This document shows, in pieces, positions 10,325 through 14,093 of a stretch of DNA of 14,093 bases. Below the pieces are notes generated by a model that was not told where the DNA came from, did no database searches, and was given only the letters and a program-made list of their open reading frames with translations. The position numbers were made by a program, and so were the translations under genes. Source of the DNA: Zygophlyctis sp. KS116 (taxonomy: Eukaryota; Fungi; Chytridiomycota); the NCBI GenBank assembly GCA_054661495.1, contig BAAFSQ010000258.1, forward strand, positions 1 to 14,093, given 5' to 3'. The first letter of the stretch is position 1. Each line of letters begins with the position of its first letter.

Positions 10325-11711
10325 ATGCAAGCTTTTTATGGGAATATTATACATTCATCCAGTCCTCATGATCTGCAATTCTTTGCTCCAGGATGTTTAG
10401 TAGTCAAGGATGGTCAGATTGTTGAGATGACTAAAGGCAAAGAAGCAACTGAAGCGTTTTCAAAACTTCAGAATTTAACGTCTGTAAAGGTATTTTTATA
10501 ATATTATTGATTGAAAGATTTATGAATTAGGAAAAAATCAGTTTCTAATCCCTGGACTCATTGATACTCATATTCATGCTCCTCAGTATGTATTTACTGG
10601 AACGGGGTATGATATGACACTTTTGGATTGGTTAAATACGTACACATTTCCACGCGAAGCTGAATTCTCCTCTGCTATTGTTGCAAAGGAAAATTACTCT
10701 AAAGCTGTTGATAGATCATTAAAATCTGGAACAACAACTGCATGTTATTATGGTACAATTCATGTAGAAGCAACAAAAATTTTGGCAGATATAGTTTCAA
10801 GAATCGGACAACGAGCATTTATTGGAAAAGTAAATATGGATACAAATTCTCCAGAGTTTTATATAGAAAAGAGTATGCAAGAATCTTTAGAAGCTACAAA
10901 ATTAGTGATTGATTATATTCAATCATTGAAAAATCCTCTAATTACTCCAGTCATTACACCACGATTTGTTCCGTCGTGTACATCGAACTTAATGACTGAA
11001 TTAGGAAAATTAGCAAAGTCTTTAAATCTTCCAATTCAATCTCATTTATCAGAAACGCCATCTGAAATAAAATGGGTTCAAGAATTATATCCTGATTCAA
11101 AGTCATACTCAGAAATATATGATATTCATGGTTTATTAAATGATCAAACTATTATGGCACATTGCGTTCATTTATCTAAGCAAGAACGCGAATTACTATT
11201 AGAAAGAAAAGTAGGAATTTCTCATTGTGCAGCATCTAATTTTTGTCTCTCTTCAGGAGTATTAAATGTAAAAAGACTATTTAAAGAAGGATACTCTAAA
11301 ATTGGTCTAGGTACTGATGTTGCTGGTGGATATTCACCAAGTATTCTTGAATCAATTCGTCAGACAATGACTGCAAGTAAAGTGATTCATATCCAGTCTC
11401 GAGATTCTGGTTCTGGTGAAGTGTCTGAACCTTTATCTCTGGCAGAAGGATTTTATATGGCTACATTGGGTGGTGCATCAGTTCTTAATTTAGAGACTAA
11501 AATTGGAAACTTTGAATTAGGAAAAAGTCTTGATGCAATTCTTGTTGATTTAGACGCTTCTCGTCCAATTCATACTTTTGATCATGATACTTTGGCTGAT
11601 AAATTTGAAAAGTTTATATATTTGGGGGATGATCGACATATGATTGAAATTTTTGTGAATGGCAATGCAATCTTGAATCATAAGTTGATTTCTCGTCAGT
11701 CAGAGCCCTAA
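10325..11711 (+). CDS. GUD1: Guanine deaminase (amidohydrolase superfamily), ~452 aa, 2 exons
   Basis: join(10325..10489,10518..11711), with a 28-nt intron at 10490..10517. Motifs: PGLIDTHIHAPQY (HxH), LLDWLNTYTFPRE, GTTTACYY, ITPRF, QSHLSE, MAHC, GLGTDVAGG, GDDR. Confidence 0.96.
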
Positions 11712-11717
11712 CAAGTT

Positions 11718-12184
11718 ATGCGAAGTGTTTTGAAGGAAATATCATCTCTGCACTCTGATGGCTTTGATCCAGTACTTCAAAATGATTCCTGCAATACAAT
11801 TCTAGTTAAACTAAAAGGGCCTGTCGATTCCCCATTTTCTAATGGAATCTTTGATATCTTGATTGAGCTTCCATCTGATTATCCGTCCGCCCCTCCACAA
11901 ATGACATTCAAAACTAGGATATGTCATCCAAACATTCATTTTGATGTAAACTTTTGATCTATTTTTAATCTTAGACTGGTGAAATTTGTATGGACATTCT
12001 AAAGAGTGAATGGACACCATTGTGGACTTTATCACGGCTGATGGAAGCGATCAATTATCTACTACTGACTCCGGAACCAAATTCACCGTTAAATTGCGAT
12101 GCAGCAAATCTTTTAAGAGTTGGAGATAGGAGGGGATACGCAAGTCTAGCTCAATATTACACTGTAACGTATGCTCAAAAATAG
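11718..12184 (+). CDS. PEX4: Ubiquitin-conjugating enzyme E2, Pex4 (peroxin-4) type, ~145 aa, 2 exons
   Basis: join(11718..11945,11975..12184), with a 29-nt intron at 11946..11974. Splicing restores HPNIHFD|TGEICMDILKSEWTP (catalytic Cys). The C-terminus PEPNSPLNCDAANLLRVGD is characteristic of Pex4/UBC21. Confidence 0.88.
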
Positions 12185-12188
12185 ATTT

Positions 12189-13536
12189 TTATGCATCCAT
12201 CCATTTCAAATTACCCATAATCAAATAAACATATGCTAGTTTTCCAGGTGCAGGTGATAATACAGTCATTTTTCGCTTTGATTCATCTACTTCAGCTACA
12301 TAAATAAATCCAACAATGGGTGAATTAATCAGGGCCTCTGTCTCCTGTTCCGCATTCCAGACAGTTCCAGTAGGAGGCATGGCAGTAGATAAAGCCAAGA
12401 CAGAATGTAATAATACATCACCAATTTCTACTTTTTTAAAACTTGTACCTGGAGCTTGTGCTTCCATTCCCAAAGGTAAAGCACTTGAAGGGACAATGGA
12501 GCCTATTATTTACTATTTTTACTACAATACCTTTATTAGCAACTCTAACTAAAACATCATTAAAAGATATTGTAATAGAAAAAGGAGCAAGATCATCTTT
12601 CCCTGGAATTCCATAAAAGTATTCTTTAACTCTATAATTTCAATAAACCTCAATTACCGACTAAAATTCAAATGCTTACGATAGTCTAAATCTCTTTGAA
12701 CAACTCCACCAGACTTGACTAATTTTACTATTTGTACATCTTGACTCTAAGGTTTAACTTATTTAAATTACTGCTTTTTTTACCAAGTTTGAGTATAAAC
12801 GTTCATGACCAATTACTAAAACTACAGACACAGAAAACCGATCAATTGTATCACAAAGAAGTTCAAATCCCTGAGTTGAATCTGTAAAATCTGGCGACGT
12901 ATTAATAAGTACAGCCCGCAAATCAGGAGAATTATTTACTTTTTGATCAACCGCCAGACTGAGTGCAGCCAATAATTTAGAGTAATATTCCTTAAATTCA
13001 AATATTTTCGAGTATCCGTAATAAAACATCAATGGTATACTTCCTAGCAGACTTTGACTCGCACCCCAACCTTGCTCTACATCCAAACATTGTTTGACAC
13101 TAACAGCACCAATACTTCCATTTAATGATAGACTCATTTTATTCGGATCAGTTTCCACGAATAAAACTTCTTTTCCTTGTTTGGTTAAATAATTACTTAG
13201 AATTTTCGATAATGTAGATTTTCCTGAATCAGCTCCACCAACAATCAAAACCCTAGGCAGTGCATATTCCCTCATTTGCTCCAACGATAGATGCACATTT
13301 AAATAAGAAATCATTGGAGTTTCATCAGACATATAATCTGAGCCTAATGTCCCTGAAATCTCTAATTTTGCACCATGCCAAGTGAACAATCCCAATTTTA
13401 ACCCTTTTCTCAAACAAACATCAACATTATTAGCGATCTCTCTTCCAAATATTTCAATCGATCCTTCGACAACCTTTAGAGATATGTTGTCAGTGGTTTC
13501 TATTCTCAACTCTTGTCTGGGTTTGAGAGAAAACAT
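12189..13536 (-). CDS. CLP1: mRNA cleavage and polyadenylation factor Clp1 (P-loop polynucleotide kinase family), ~422 aa, 4 exons
   Basis: Introns: 12747..12771 (25 nt), 12632..12657 (26 nt), 12503..12530 (28 nt). Motifs: ELRIE, EIFGRE, FTWHG, ETPMISYLNVH, GGADSGKST, GHERLY, KSGGVVQR, VKEYFYG, PSSALPLG, VLSPAPG. The start codon is not certain. Confidence 0.93.
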
Positions 13537-13734
13537 CTTGTATGCCTCCTACAGACTTATCCTTATCGTTGAGTGCCACCAACCCTTGGGAAGCATTCTT
13601 CCTCCTATGCTAAGAAGCGAGTGTAATTAATCTATCTCTAATAAGAATAAACAATGCAAATAAATACATCTTAAGTTTAAAAGTTTCTTATATTTTCAAA
13701 GACAGTAGCCGTTTGGCAAGACGTGTCCATCATT

Positions 13735-14000
13735 AGCTAAACCAGACAGTAAAGCCAAGACTCTCTTGGCCCCTACAAAACATAGCAGTATACTCGCAGC
13801 GTGATCTTTTTTGATTCATTAATAATTGTTCCCTTGATCGCCTTTGGGGTATAATTCCAGAGATTTCTGTTCTTAGATATAGTCCGGGTTAGTTTGAAAA
13901 CATTTAATAATACTCGTGCAGACTTATCAAAGAGTTATGTCCAGCATCTTACATAAGCTAAACCAGACAGTAAATCCAAAGACTCTCTTGGCCCCTACAA
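13735..14000. repeat. Pair of 44/45-nt direct repeats (13735..13778 and 13956..14000)
   Basis: agctaaaccagacagtaaagccaa-gactctcttggcccctacaa vs agctaaaccagacagtaaatccaaagactctcttggcccctacaa; one substitution and one 1-nt indel. Confidence 0.9.
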
Positions 14001-14093
14001 TAATTTCTGCAAAATTTCTGAAAGAACTAGAATTATTCCTCAGATTCCTGATAGTTTGAATAAAATCAGAACATATTCCAATGATTACGTTGG

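Noticed and set aside
269-13536. Stop-codon reassignment (non-standard genetic code)
   Set aside because: Internal stops fall only inside introns, and TAA, TAG and TGA all terminate genes at expected positions.
11811-13630. ORFs 11811..12035 (-), 12316..12552 (+) and 13382..13630 (+)
   Set aside because: Antisense to PEX4 or CLP1; no motifs.
13735-14000. CRISPR array or LTR element
   Set aside because: Only two copies with a 177-nt spacer, eukaryotic context, no cas or RT genes, and no TG...CA ends.
13927-14091. Open minus-strand frame running off the window end (54 aa)
   Set aside because: No recognisable homology; it crosses a repeat copy that differs by an indel from its twin.

Overview
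AT-rich, extremely gene-dense eukaryotic DNA, most likely from an early-diverging (chytrid-like) fungus. The taxon is inferred from a myosin-motor chitin synthase and the standard genetic code. The fragmented ORF track resolves into 8 intact genes once tiny spliceosomal introns are removed: a universal stress protein (+), a secreted tandem BPI/LBP(TULIP)-like protein (+), a ZIP9/Atx2 metal transporter (+), mitochondrial bL27m/Mrp7 (+), a class V-like myosin-motor chitin synthase (-), guanine deaminase (+), a Pex4-type E2 (+) and Clp1 (-). All 22 introns I could reconstruct by hand are only about 24-29 nt. They follow a rigid GTA...TRA-(6-8 nt ending in WAG) architecture and none uses a CAG acceptor. 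Six genes share just 165 nt of intergenic DNA. Guanine deaminase and PEX4 are in frame, separated by one TAA plus 6 nt that lie within a possible 21-nt intron, so a fusion or polycistronic unit is possible.
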